A DNA stretch of 64,000 bases from positions 72 through 64,071 of the forward strand of contig JBOHUL010000046.1 in the NCBI GenBank assembly GCA_050734425.1. Direction: 5' to 3'. A program made the translations under genes and the position numbers. The stretch is from Candidatus Dormibacteria bacterium (GTDB lineage: Bacteria; Chloroflexota; Dormibacteria; Aeolococcales; Bog-877). A model generated the notes under the pieces. The model had not been told where the DNA came from and did not search any database. It saw nothing but the letters and a program-made list of their open reading frames with translations. Within the stretch, counting starts at the first letter, position 1; each line of letters opens with the position of its first letter. Of this stretch, positions 34,185 to 42,653 are shown piece by piece.

Positions 34185-35672
34185 ATGGCGCCGCTGCTGG
34201 ACCGCTGGTACACCTTCCTGCCGTGGATCGTGGTCCTGGTTCTGCTGGGGCGCGAGGTCGGCTGGCGCCGGGCTCTGGCCGTCGCCGCCGGAGGTTGGCT
34301 CATGGCCTTCGCCGCCGAATGGTCGTCCACCTCAGGGCCGGGGATCCCCTTCGGTGTCTATCACTACCGCGCCGCCGGCCTGAGCCAGGACTGGCGGGTC
34401 CTGGGCGTTCCTGTGTTCGACAGCATCAGCTTCACCTGGCTCTCGGTCTGCACCTACGTCCTCTGCGGCCGCCTCGGCGCCCGCGGTCCTTGGCGCCTGC
34501 TCCTGGCGGCGGTCGCGGTGGTGGCGGTGGACGTGGTGGTAGACCCCGTGGCGCTGAAGGGGGGGCGCTGGTGGCTGGGGTCGATCTACTCGTACCCGCC
34601 GCACGTCGGGGTCTGGTACGGGGTCTCGGCCCTCAACTACTCGGGATGGTTCGTGGTCGCCCTGGCCCAGGAGCTCTGGCTCGGCTTCTGGCTCTTCGGA
34701 TCCCGGCGGCCGGAGTGGCCTCTTCTCTGGGCTTCCGGCCTCCTGATCCTGGGGGCCATGCTCCAGAGCGCGGTCCTGGCGGTGATCCTGGGGGTGGGCC
34801 CCAGCGCCCTCTTGGCGGTGGCCATGCTGGTGGCGCTGGGGCTGATCGCCCACGGGCCCCCCTGGCCCAGCCGGAGCGCCCCCCCCTTGATCCTGATCGC
34901 CTGCGCTCTGGCCTCGGAGGCGGGGGCGGTGCGCCATGCCCTCGGGGGTAGCTGGGTCGCCCGGCAGATGGCCGCCGGACAGCTGCGCTGGCGCTCGGCC
35001 AGCCAGCCCCTGCTCGAGGTCTGGCAGACGGGGATGGGCGGGGCCGCCGCCACCATCGCCGCCACCCTGGCCCCACCGGGGTCGGCGGTTCTGGTCTGCG
35101 GCGTCGGCGGTGCCTGCGGCCCCGACTGGCCGGTCGCCGCAACCGGGATCGCTTCCCAGGTCTTCGACGAGGAGCTCGGCTGGTGCCAGCTGGACCCCAC
35201 CGCCCACGAGCGTCTGGTCCTGAGCCGGGTGGGGCGGTCTGCCCGGCTCGCCAGCCTGCTGGCCCCTAAGGACGGCAAGGCCGGGAGGGAGGCGATGGCG
35301 GCCCTGGGCGTCGACCTGGTGGAGATGGAGACCGCCGCCTGGCTCAGAGCCTGCGAGAAGCGGGGCGGGCGGTTGCTGGCTGCGGTCCGCACCGTCATCG
35401 ACACCCCGGCCCGACCGCTGGGACTGGCCCTGGGCCTGGTCCCCAGTGGCGCCGCCGGTCCCAGCCCAAGAAGGGTGGCGGCACTGCTGCTGCGCCACCC
35501 CTTCTCCGTGCTCCGCCTTCTGACCCTGTCGAGGCAGCAGAGCCTGGCCCTGGCGGCGCTGGGGGAGGCGGTGCGACGGGCGGTGCCGGTCTTGGTGGGG
35601 CTGGCGGCGGGTGCCGGGTCCCAGGGGCAGATGCGGCTGGCGGACGAACCGCCCCCATTGGCGGTGTCATAG
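34185..35672 (+). CDS. Fusion protein: N-terminal DUF422/'carotenoid biosynthesis protein'-like polytopic membrane domain plus C-terminal HpnG-like nucleoside phosphorylase/nucleosidase domain
   Basis: 495 aa single ORF. Residues 1 to about 230 are TM-rich (WYTFLPWIVVLVLLG…FGVYHYRAAG…). Residues from about 240 to 480 carry the PNP/MTAN fold (ILIACALASEAGAV…LVCGVGGACG…VDLVEMETAAWLRACEKRGGRLLAAVRTVIDTP). HpnG (adenosylhopane nucleosidase) belongs to this fold. Confidence 0.6.
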   Translation: MAPLLDRWYTFLPWIVVLVLLGREVGWRRALAVAAGGWLMAFAAEWSSTSGPGIPFGVYHYRAAGLSQDWRVLGVPVFDSISFTWLSVCTYVLCGRLGARGPWRLLLAAVAVVAVDVVVDPVALKGGRWWLGSIYSYPPHVGVWYGVSALNYSGWFVVALAQELWLGFWLFGSRRPEWPLLWASGLLILGAMLQSAVLAVILGVGPSALLAVAMLVALGLIAHGPPWPSRSAPPLILIACALASEAGAVRHALGGSWVARQMAAGQLRWRSASQPLLEVWQTGMGGAAATIAATLAPPGSAVLVCGVGGACGPDWPVAATGIASQVFDEELGWCQLDPTAHERLVLSRVGRSARLASLLAPKDGKAGREAMAALGVDLVEMETAAWLRACEKRGGRLLAAVRTVIDTPARPLGLALGLVPSGAAGPSPRRVAALLLRHPFSVLRLLTLSRQQSLALAALGEAVRRAVPVLVGLAAGAGSQGQMRLADEPPPLAVS

Positions 35673-35796
35673 GGGACCGGCCCGCGGTCGGAGCAGTTGG
35701 GCCCGGCGGTTAGGCGGTTGGCAGGGCGCGGCCCGGCCGCACCCTGCCTGCCGAGCGCGCTGGATCGAGCGCTGGTCGAAGACGCGCCGCCGCCGC

Positions 35797-36591
35797 TCAG
35801 CGGCGCCAGCGGTACGGCGTCGTCGTCGAGATCCTCACCAGGCCGGAGCGTTCCAGGATCGGGCGCGAGTCCTCGTTCGAGTCGCTGTGAATGAGCGTCT
35901 TGCCCATCCTCAGAGCCGAGCGGGCGCGAGCCGCCGTGAGGGCCCGATAGATTCCCCTCCGCCGCCAGGGTCCGAGCGTCGCCCCGCCCCAGATCCCGGC
36001 GAAGTCGCTCCCCGTGACCGGCAGCAGACGACCCGCGCTGACGACCCTCCCAGCCGCCTCGGCGACCCACACTTCAGTCCCGTCGCCACTTGCCAGCTGC
36101 CGCAGCAGCTCAGGCACCCTCTCCCGCGAGCCACCCTCGGGAAAGACCTGGTCCAGCATCTCCGCCATGGCCCGGACGTCGCGTTCCCGGCTCACGCGGC
36201 GCAGTGTCACGCCCGCCGGCAGCGGCACCGCTACGTCCAGCAGCCTCGCTGGCCCCGCCATGATCGACTCCCGCTCCTCGGCTGCGAAACCGTGGTTAAG
36301 AAGGGACTCCTGCAGGCCGGGGGTGCGGTCGTGCCCGCGAGTCTTCCACTCGACCTCGGTTGTGTTGGGATCCGACCGGAAGTGCGCCAGGACCCCCGGA
36401 ACCAGGCCCGGGAGCGCCTCAGCCTGATCCCGCCCCGGGAGGTCGTAGGTCACGAAGCCCCGACCGCCCTCGAACGTCTTAAGGTGGAGGGGGCCCAGCC
36501 GGGCGACGGTCAGCGCGCCTGCGGTTTCGGCGGCAGTGCGCAGCTGCCGGTCGTACGCGTCAAGGAGTTCCTGAGCCGTCCGCACGGCCAC
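35797..36591 (-). CDS. GNAT family N-acetyltransferase (tandem acetyltransferase fold)
   Basis: 264 aa. C-terminal acetyl-CoA-binding pattern (…RLLPVTGSDFAGIWGGATLGPWRRRGIYRALTAARARSAL…). Confidence 0.55.
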   Translation of the reverse strand: MAVRTAQELLDAYDRQLRTAAETAGALTVARLGPLHLKTFEGGRGFVTYDLPGRDQAEALPGLVPGVLAHFRSDPNTTEVEWKTRGHDRTPGLQESLLNHGFAAEERESIMAGPARLLDVAVPLPAGVTLRRVSRERDVRAMAEMLDQVFPEGGSRERVPELLRQLASGDGTEVWVAEAAGRVVSAGRLLPVTGSDFAGIWGGATLGPWRRRGIYRALTAARARSALRMGKTLIHSDSNEDSRPILERSGLVRISTTTPYRWRR

Positions 36592-36630
36592 CCAGTATGG
36601 GGTGTGGCCGGGCGCGCCAAAGCCAGAGCT

Positions 36631-37227
36631 CTACTGGCCGATGCGTCCGTCGATGCGCTCGCGGAGAAGGTCCGCGTGGCCGCAGTGGCGCGCGTATTCC
36701 TCGATCATGTGCACCAGCACCGCGCGCAGGGGGATGGGTGTGCCGTCACGCTGAGTCCCGAGGGCCGCCAGGTCATCGGTGCCCCCCACCCAGCGGTCGG
36801 AGAAGTCGACCTCCTCGCGCCAGGCGTCCCAGGCCTGGGCGACGAGCGGCGCCTCCCCGGCGGCGTCGTTCCAGCAGGCGTCCCGGTCTCCGGGGGTGCG
36901 GTAGCGCGGCTCAGGAGTGCCGCCGGCCATGACCTGCCGGAACCAGTAGCGCTCGACTTCGGCCATGTGTCGGATCAACCCCAGCAGCGACATGGTCGAG
37001 GGGGGGACCGAGCGGGCTGCCAGTTGCTCCGGGTTCAAGTCACCGCACTTCATCTCCAGGGTGAGTCGGTAGCCGTTGAGGAAGTCGAGGAGGGTCGTGC
37101 GCTCGTCCACCGGGTCGGGGCCCCCCTGCCGCGGATCCTGATCCGCGTCCACCCACATGTCCGGCCGAGTCGTCGCCGCCGACCACGGCCGCCGTGGCTG
37201 CTCGTCCGACGCCGCGGTGCTGTCCAT
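36631..37227 (-). CDS. DinB/YfiT-like (DUF664, DinB_2) metal-dependent protein
   Basis: 198 aa. …TLLDFLNGYRLTLEMKCGDLNPEQLAARSVPPSTMSLLGLIRHMAEVERYWF… and C-terminal …VHMIEEYARHCGHADLLRERIDG are typical of the DinB_2 four-helix bundle. Confidence 0.65.
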   Translation of the reverse strand: MDSTAASDEQPRRPWSAATTRPDMWVDADQDPRQGGPDPVDERTTLLDFLNGYRLTLEMKCGDLNPEQLAARSVPPSTMSLLGLIRHMAEVERYWFRQVMAGGTPEPRYRTPGDRDACWNDAAGEAPLVAQAWDAWREEVDFSDRWVGGTDDLAALGTQRDGTPIPLRAVLVHMIEEYARHCGHADLLRERIDGRIGQ

Positions 37228-37493
37228 CGCCCCATCCTGGCAGAACCCCGGCCGCCCCTCCGCGGTGCGATCAACGCCAGCCCCCTGGGCCGGTGGGAGG
37301 CGTCCTGTACCGGGGGTCCGGCGAGGGCCGGCTCAGGATCTCATGGCCCGGCGCTGATCGGTTGCGACGACGTCGCCCAGTTCCTCCCCTTGGAACCAAC
37401 TCGCGGTGTCCCGATGCTTCCGCAGGCGGCTGTGCTGGGTAAACCGGGCGCACCGGGCTCGTAATCCTCCGCCTCCAGGCCGGCGTTCGCCCC

Positions 37494-38135
37494 TCAGTCC
37501 TGTCCCGGAGCCGTTTTGGCCTGTCGCCGAGGCCCCCCGCCGCAGAATCGGGTCTCCGGGTCGAGGCACCACCCGAGGACCTCGGGCCACGGTCCATAGC
37601 CGTCGTCGGTCGTCAGGTGACCGGCCCCGGGAATGGTCTCGGCGTCCAGTCCCAGCGGCCGTCCGTAGAGCGCGGCTGCGGTGCCTGCAGAACAGTTGGG
37701 ATCGTTGTCGGAGGCGACCAGCTTGATCCTCTTGCTGCTGGAGGACGCGAGCACGTGGGCGCGCCAGGGCGTCGGCGCGAACCCGGCCAGGCCTAGTTGG
37801 GCGAGGTCGCGCCGACCGGCGGGCGCCACCAGCAGAACCCGGCCTGCAGGTCGCGCCAACACCGCGGTGCCGGATGCCGCCGCCAGGTACCAGAGCGCGC
37901 AGGCGAGGCTGTGGCAAACCACGATGCGCTCCCCGGGACCCAGCTGCTCATATTCATCCGCGAGCACCTGGAGCCACGCCGCCGGGTCGGGCCTGTCGGG
38001 GTCTGGCAATTGTGGGTAGAGAACCTGCTCGTCGCGGCGTCGGAGCTGCTCGGCTAGCCACCACTGCCAGTGGCCACGGGGACGGTGGTTGCCGTACCCG
38101 TGGAGCAGCAAGAACCGCCTTGGCCTTGGTGTCAC
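37494..38135 (-). CDS. Alpha/beta hydrolase of the RBBP9/YdeN serine hydrolase family
   Basis: Track ORF 37494..38447 is GC-extended at its 5' end. The GTG at 38135 gives VTPRPRRFLLLHGYGNHRPRGHWQWWLAEQL…, nucleophile elbow VCHSLAC, and C-terminal …AGHLTTDDGYGPWPEVL. The start overlaps the upstream stop (GTGA). Confidence 0.6.
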   Translation of the reverse strand: MTPRPRRFLLLHGYGNHRPRGHWQWWLAEQLRRRDEQVLYPQLPDPDRPDPAAWLQVLADEYEQLGPGERIVVCHSLACALWYLAAASGTAVLARPAGRVLLVAPAGRRDLAQLGLAGFAPTPWRAHVLASSSSKRIKLVASDNDPNCSAGTAAALYGRPLGLDAETIPGAGHLTTDDGYGPWPEVLGWCLDPETRFCGGGPRRQAKTAPGQD

Positions 38136-38434
38136 CCGGCGGGGCGGAGGAAGGATCGGCTCTCGGAGATGATGGCTCTGCTCGTGGACACGTCGGCGAT
38201 GTTGCGCTGCGCTTGGGGGTCGGCGGCCAGGCGAGCGCGGTAGGCCTCGTACGACGCCAGGGAGTCGAAGTTGATAAGTGCCAGCGCGAAGTCGGTCGCG
38301 CCCTCCTTGGGGAGGTAGTAGTCCACCAGCGTTCCGCCGCAGCGTTCGATGATCGGCCGCCAGCGCGACGCGTAATCCTCGAACTCCGCGAGCCTCAGAG
38401 GATCGATCCGGTACTGGATGCAGCAAGTGATCAC
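38132..38434 (-). CDS. NIPSNAP-family (dimeric alpha+beta barrel) protein
   Basis: 100 aa (MITCCIQYRIDPLRLAEFEDYASRWRPIIERCGGTLVDYYLPKEG…SLASYEAYRARLAADP). Confidence 0.55.
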   Translation of the reverse strand: MITCCIQYRIDPLRLAEFEDYASRWRPIIERCGGTLVDYYLPKEGATDFALALINFDSLASYEAYRARLAADPQAQRNIADVSTSRAIISESRSFLRPAG

Positions 38435-38547
38435 GCCGTTCCTCCATCAGTGAAAGTCAGACAGAAGCCGCAGCCCCCAATGTCCGCCCGCCCCAGCGCT
38501 GACGCTTCGATCCGTGTCGAAGTGTCACGGCCCTACCATTGGTGCTG

Positions 38548-39255
38548 ATGAGTGTCCTGCGACCGGCGGCAGGGGAAACCGATCTCGCAGCGGTCGGGGC
38601 GCTCTTGGCAGACCACGCACGGGTGACGATGCTGCTGACCCTGGGGGACGGCCGCACCCTGCCGGCCACCGTCCTCGCCTCCGAGGCGGGAGTCGCCGCG
38701 TCCACTGCCAGCTACCACCTGACGAGGCTGGTCCAAGCTGGTCTCCTCAAGTGTCAGCCCAGGGGGCGCTGCCGTTACTACGGGTTGGCCGGACCCGAGG
38801 TGGCGGAGCTGATCGAGATGCTTGCGCGGCTGGCCCCCCAGCGGCCCGTCACGTCTCTGCGGCAGGGAACCCGCGCCCACGCGCTGCGCTTCGCTCGCAG
38901 CTGCTACGACCACCTGGCCGGACGGCTTGGTGTGGCTGTTCTCGACGCCCTGTCGGCGCAGGAGCTCCTCTCTGGTCCCGACGGCGATGAACCAGGCATC
39001 TTCGCGGTCACGGCCAAGGGTGCGGAACGGCTGGGCGGGCTGTGCGTCCCCGCGGGGGTGAGACAGGCGGCCCGGGGTTGTCTCGACTGGACCGAGCAAC
39101 GCCCACACCTGGCGGGCAAGCTGGGTCGCCAGCTCCTGGCTCGGTTCTTGGAGCTGGGCTGGGTCGTAAGGCAGCCTTCGTCCAGAGCTCTGACCCTGAC
39201 CGAGTTGGGGCGCGAGGCGTTATCTGCCGAGCTTCGTCTGACGATCCCCGCATAG
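38548..39255 (+). CDS. ArsR/SmtB-family winged-helix transcriptional regulator with a C-terminal extension
   Basis: Internal ATG at 38548 of track ORF 38539..39255. HTH_20-like region (AAVGALLADHARVTMLLTLGDGRTLPATVLASEAGVAASTASYHLTRLVQAGLL). Confidence 0.6.
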   Translation: MSVLRPAAGETDLAAVGALLADHARVTMLLTLGDGRTLPATVLASEAGVAASTASYHLTRLVQAGLLKCQPRGRCRYYGLAGPEVAELIEMLARLAPQRPVTSLRQGTRAHALRFARSCYDHLAGRLGVAVLDALSAQELLSGPDGDEPGIFAVTAKGAERLGGLCVPAGVRQAARGCLDWTEQRPHLAGKLGRQLLARFLELGWVVRQPSSRALTLTELGREALSAELRLTIPA

Positions 39256-39475
39256 CAGCAGCCGCCCCTCTCCCTGCCCGGGTCTGGTCTCGGTCGGGCA
39301 ACCGCCTCCCCCCGGAGCCGCGGCGCCGGCCCGGGGCCGGCACTTGATCCAACCTGTTCCACCACTGCGCTGGTCAGCCGGCGTGTTCGGCAGCGCCGCG
39401 CCCCGCTGGAGATAGGGAGGGTCTCAGAGCCCGTTCATCTCGCGGCCAAGTGGAACCGGCCGCGAGGGGCACCCT

Positions 39476-40822
39476 CTAAGCGAGGGCGGCCTGAAGCGCA
39501 GCCCGGCGCCCGCTGCGGACAGCCCCCTCCATGGTCGCGGGCCAACCGGTGTCGGTCCAGGCGCCGGCGAGCCAGACGCCCTCGAGAGTGGTCCTCGGTC
39601 CCGGCCTCGAGCCCGCCGAACCCGGCCCAGCCGCGAAGGTGGCGGCCCGTTCCCGGGTCACCCGGCTGTGCCGGAGGCGGGCACGGCGCGCGGCAGGGAA
39701 CAGCTCCTGGCACAGAGGCCACAGGCGCTCGACGACCTCCCGCTCGGGCCGGCTCACAGCCTCGTCCGCGGCCGAGAGCGAAATGGCCGAGTGGAAGATC
39801 GGCTCGCCCTCCAGGTCCAGGTCGCGCTCGCCCAGCTGGGAGCGGTCGAAGACCCACTGCAGCGGCGAACCCGGCACCGCCACCACCGGCCCCGGGAGGA
39901 AGGGGCGGTCCGTGAACAGGTGGAGGTTGACGATCGGGGACTGGGGCAGGGAGGCGGCGGCCTCCAGGATGGGGTCCGCGACTCCCAGGGGACGGAGCAC
40001 CCCCAGGCTGGCGTGAGCGCTGGCGCTCAGCACCAGCTGGTCCGCCTCCACCTCGTCACCCCGGTTGTTGAGCAGCCGGTAGCGCCTTGCCGCGCCCGGC
40101 TGCACCGTGGTCGCCCGCCAGCCGAGGTGGAGCTCGACCTTTGCCGCGGCCAAGGCCCGGCGGCAGCCGGGGTCGAGCCACAGGGTGAGGTCCGTCTTGG
40201 GGATCCGTAGCGCACCCTCGGCGGAGCCCTGGAGCAATCCCTCGCGGATGACGAAGGCCGCCACCCTGGCGCTGCAGCTGTCGAGGGGCACGTTGCAGGC
40301 CGACACCAAAAAGGGCTCCCAGAGACGGCGTATGGCGACCGCGTCCTGGCCCAGGCCCTGGAGCCAGGCGAGCGCGGGGACCACATCCAGGAGGACCTCA
40401 TCCTGCGGGCTCAGCGAGCGCAGCGCCGCCGCCACGGTCCAGGTCCCGACCAGCTGGCGGGTGCGGAGGCCGGGCCAGCGCAGCAGCATGGTGGCCAGGT
40501 GCAGCGGCGGTGGCAGGGCCGAGGCCCGCAGCCTGCGGCTGATCCCGGTGTTGGGACTGGCCACCACCAGCTCCAGCCGCGTTTGGCGCCAGGCGGGCTC
40601 GGCGCCCACCTGTTCCAGCAGCCGCTCCAGCTCGGTGCAGCAGCCCAGGTAGACGTGCTGTCCGGTGTCGACCCGGCCGGCGACGGGGTCGGCCACCGAG
40701 CGGCACAGGCCACCAAGAACCCTGGCTCTCTCGACCATGACCACGGTGGCGCCCCGGCCGGCCAGCTCCAGGGCCGCAGTGACCCCGGCCAGGCCGCCCC
40801 CCACCACCGCCACGTCGGCCAA
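39476..40822 (-). CDS. hpnE: Hydroxysqualene dehydroxylase (squalene-associated FAD-dependent desaturase HpnE)
   Basis: Track ORF 39476..41452 is over-extended. The TTG at 40822 (GAGGGGG 9 nt upstream) gives MADVAVVGGGLAGVTAALELAGRGATVVMVERARVLGG (FAD dinucleotide fold) and an amine-oxidase-like body. It lies 11 nt downstream of the hpnD stop. Confidence 0.75.
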   Translation of the reverse strand: MADVAVVGGGLAGVTAALELAGRGATVVMVERARVLGGLCRSVADPVAGRVDTGQHVYLGCCTELERLLEQVGAEPAWRQTRLELVVASPNTGISRRLRASALPPPLHLATMLLRWPGLRTRQLVGTWTVAAALRSLSPQDEVLLDVVPALAWLQGLGQDAVAIRRLWEPFLVSACNVPLDSCSARVAAFVIREGLLQGSAEGALRIPKTDLTLWLDPGCRRALAAAKVELHLGWRATTVQPGAARRYRLLNNRGDEVEADQLVLSASAHASLGVLRPLGVADPILEAAASLPQSPIVNLHLFTDRPFLPGPVVAVPGSPLQWVFDRSQLGERDLDLEGEPIFHSAISLSAADEAVSRPEREVVERLWPLCQELFPAARRARLRHSRVTRERAATFAAGPGSAGSRPGPRTTLEGVWLAGAWTDTGWPATMEGAVRSGRRAALQAALA

Positions 40823-40833
40823 GGGTCGCCCCC

Positions 40834-41745
40834 TCAGCGGGAGAAGGTGGCCCGGGCCCAGGCGGAGAGGGCCAGGCCGAGCTTGCGGGAGGGGCTGAGC
40901 GACACCCGTTGCGACTGGACGTCGAAGTCCCGGCGCTCCATCTCGTCGAGCAGGGCCCGGTAGAGTGCGGCCAGGGTTGCGGGACAGCCGCGGGCGTCGC
41001 GGTCCACCAGTGGCACCAGCCGCACCCCCTCCCGGAACAGCTGCCGGGCCCGCCCGGTCTCGAAGGCCATCAGGCTGCGGTAGCTTGCCGCCCGCCAGCC
41101 GCGGCTTCCCAGGGCCAGGTCCTCCTGGTCGCAACCGAAGCGCTCCAGGTCTTCTCGGGGCAGGTAGCAGCGGCCGCGCCCGTGGTCCTCCTTCAGGTCC
41201 CGGAGGATGTTGGTCAGCTGCATCGCCTGGCCCAGGCGCAGCGCCAGCCGCGGCACCTGGCGGTCCCGGTAGCCGAAGATCTGGGCGCTCAGCAGCCCCA
41301 CGGCACCCGCCACCCCGTAGCAGTAGCGCTCCAGGTCGGCTTCGGTCCGGATGTCGAGGGGGGCGCAGTCGGCGGCGCAGCCCTGGATGACGTCCTCCAG
41401 CTGGGTCGGGTTGAGACCGAAGTGCCGCACCGCGTCCCAGAGGACGAGCCACCTGGGGTCCGCGGGCCTCCCGGCCAGCGTCTGCCGGAGCTGCTCCCGG
41501 TAGTCGTCCAGGCGCCGCCGCCGCTCCTCGGCGCTGCCGGGGCCGTCGGCGATGTCGTCCGCCGCCCGGCAGAAGCGGTACACCGCGTGCAGCCCCTCCC
41601 GTTTCTGGCGGGGGAGGAGGCGGAAAGCGTAGTAGAAGTTGCCGGCGGCGCGGCGGACCTCGAGGCGGCAGCTGCGATGGGCCGCCCGCAGCTCGGCCGC
41701 CGTGGGGGAGAGGGGGACGGCGCCGTGGGGGGCGGCGGCGCTCAA
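40834..41745 (-). CDS. hpnD: Presqualene diphosphate synthase (HpnD, squalene/phytoene synthase family)
   Basis: Track ORF 40834..42120 is over-extended. TTG start at 41745 overlaps the hpnC stop (TTGA). The body has …AGNFYYAFRLLPRQKREGLHAVYRFCRAADDIAD and …YCYGVAGAVGLL…NILRDLKEDHGRGRCYLP. Confidence 0.75.
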   Translation of the reverse strand: MSAAAPHGAVPLSPTAAELRAAHRSCRLEVRRAAGNFYYAFRLLPRQKREGLHAVYRFCRAADDIADGPGSAEERRRRLDDYREQLRQTLAGRPADPRWLVLWDAVRHFGLNPTQLEDVIQGCAADCAPLDIRTEADLERYCYGVAGAVGLLSAQIFGYRDRQVPRLALRLGQAMQLTNILRDLKEDHGRGRCYLPREDLERFGCDQEDLALGSRGWRAASYRSLMAFETGRARQLFREGVRLVPLVDRDARGCPATLAALYRALLDEMERRDFDVQSQRVSLSPSRKLGLALSAWARATFSR

Positions 41746-42653
41746 GTCTCTCGCGGGGGCCGGACGCGGCTCCAGGCCAGCGCCGCCTGCCACATCGCCC
41801 GGCGCCTCCTTTCCGGGCTGAGCCGGGCCTTCTCCCTGAAGACCTGGGGTCCAGACTCGAGGGCGCACGAGGCCGCCGCCAGGCCGCAGAGGATGAAGGT
41901 CGCCATCTCCAGGCGCATCAGGCCGGGAACCCGGCCCACCAGGGGCCAGCCGTCCAGGAGCAGGCGCCGGGCCCGGGCCACCGCGTGGGCCTCCGCCGCC
42001 AGCATTCCTTCGGTGACCAAGTCCCCCCACCACTCGTCCTCCCCGCACTGGTGCGCCTCCAGCACCTCGAGCGGGAGGTAGCGTCGGCCGCGGTCCCGGT
42101 CCGAGGCTACGTCCTGCCACATGTTGGCCAGCTGCAACCCGGTGCAGATCGAGTCTGAGTAGCCCAGCCGCTCTTCGTCGCGGATGCCCTCCAGGGCCAG
42201 CACCAGCTGCCCCACCGGGGTGGCGGAGAGGGTGCAGTAATGGTCCAGCTCGGCCCAGGTGGCGTAGCGGCTGACCACCTGGTCCTGGAGGTTGGCCCGG
42301 ATCAGGCGCTGGAAGGGGTCACGGTCCAGCCCGAAACGCTGGATCACCGGCTGCAGCCGGCGGAAGACCGGGTGCTCGGGACTGCCCCCGTAGCAGGCCT
42401 CCAGCTCCGATTGGGCCAGTCCCAAGAGGGTCTCTGCGTCGCCCAGGTTCTCGTCGCCCAGATCGTCCACCAGGCGGCAGAAGCCGTAGATGGCGGCCCG
42501 GGCCTCGCGCCGGCCGGGGCGGAGGAGCCAGGCGGCAATGGGGAAGTTCTCCTTCGCCCGGGCCTCACCCTGGCGCCCCAGGGAGTAGTCAGGCAGGCGG
42601 GTCGGTGAGGATCGGTCGGGGGCGACCGCCACCGGCGGGCGGGCCGGGGTCAC
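41742..42653 (-). CDS. hpnC: Hydroxysqualene synthase (HpnC, squalene/phytoene synthase family)
   Basis: 303 aa. …ENFPIAAWLLRPGRREARAAIYGFCRLVDDLGDE and …YCTLSATPVGQLVL…LQLANMWQDVASDRDRGRRYLP. Aspartate-rich motifs present. Confidence 0.75.
   Translation of the reverse strand: MTPARPPVAVAPDRSSPTRLPDYSLGRQGEARAKENFPIAAWLLRPGRREARAAIYGFCRLVDDLGDENLGDAETLLGLAQSELEACYGGSPEHPVFRRLQPVIQRFGLDRDPFQRLIRANLQDQVVSRYATWAELDHYCTLSATPVGQLVLALEGIRDEERLGYSDSICTGLQLANMWQDVASDRDRGRRYLPLEVLEAHQCGEDEWWGDLVTEGMLAAEAHAVARARRLLLDGWPLVGRVPGLMRLEMATFILCGLAAASCALESGPQVFREKARLSPERRRRAMWQAALAWSRVRPPRET

Noticed and set aside
39476-42120. Very long 5' extensions of the hpnE (to 41452) and hpnD (to 42120) track ORFs
   Set aside because: The extensions overlap the upstream hpnD and hpnC genes in different frames and encode low-complexity sequence. 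Family-typical N-termini and TTG starts coupled to the upstream stops are found at 40822 and 41745.
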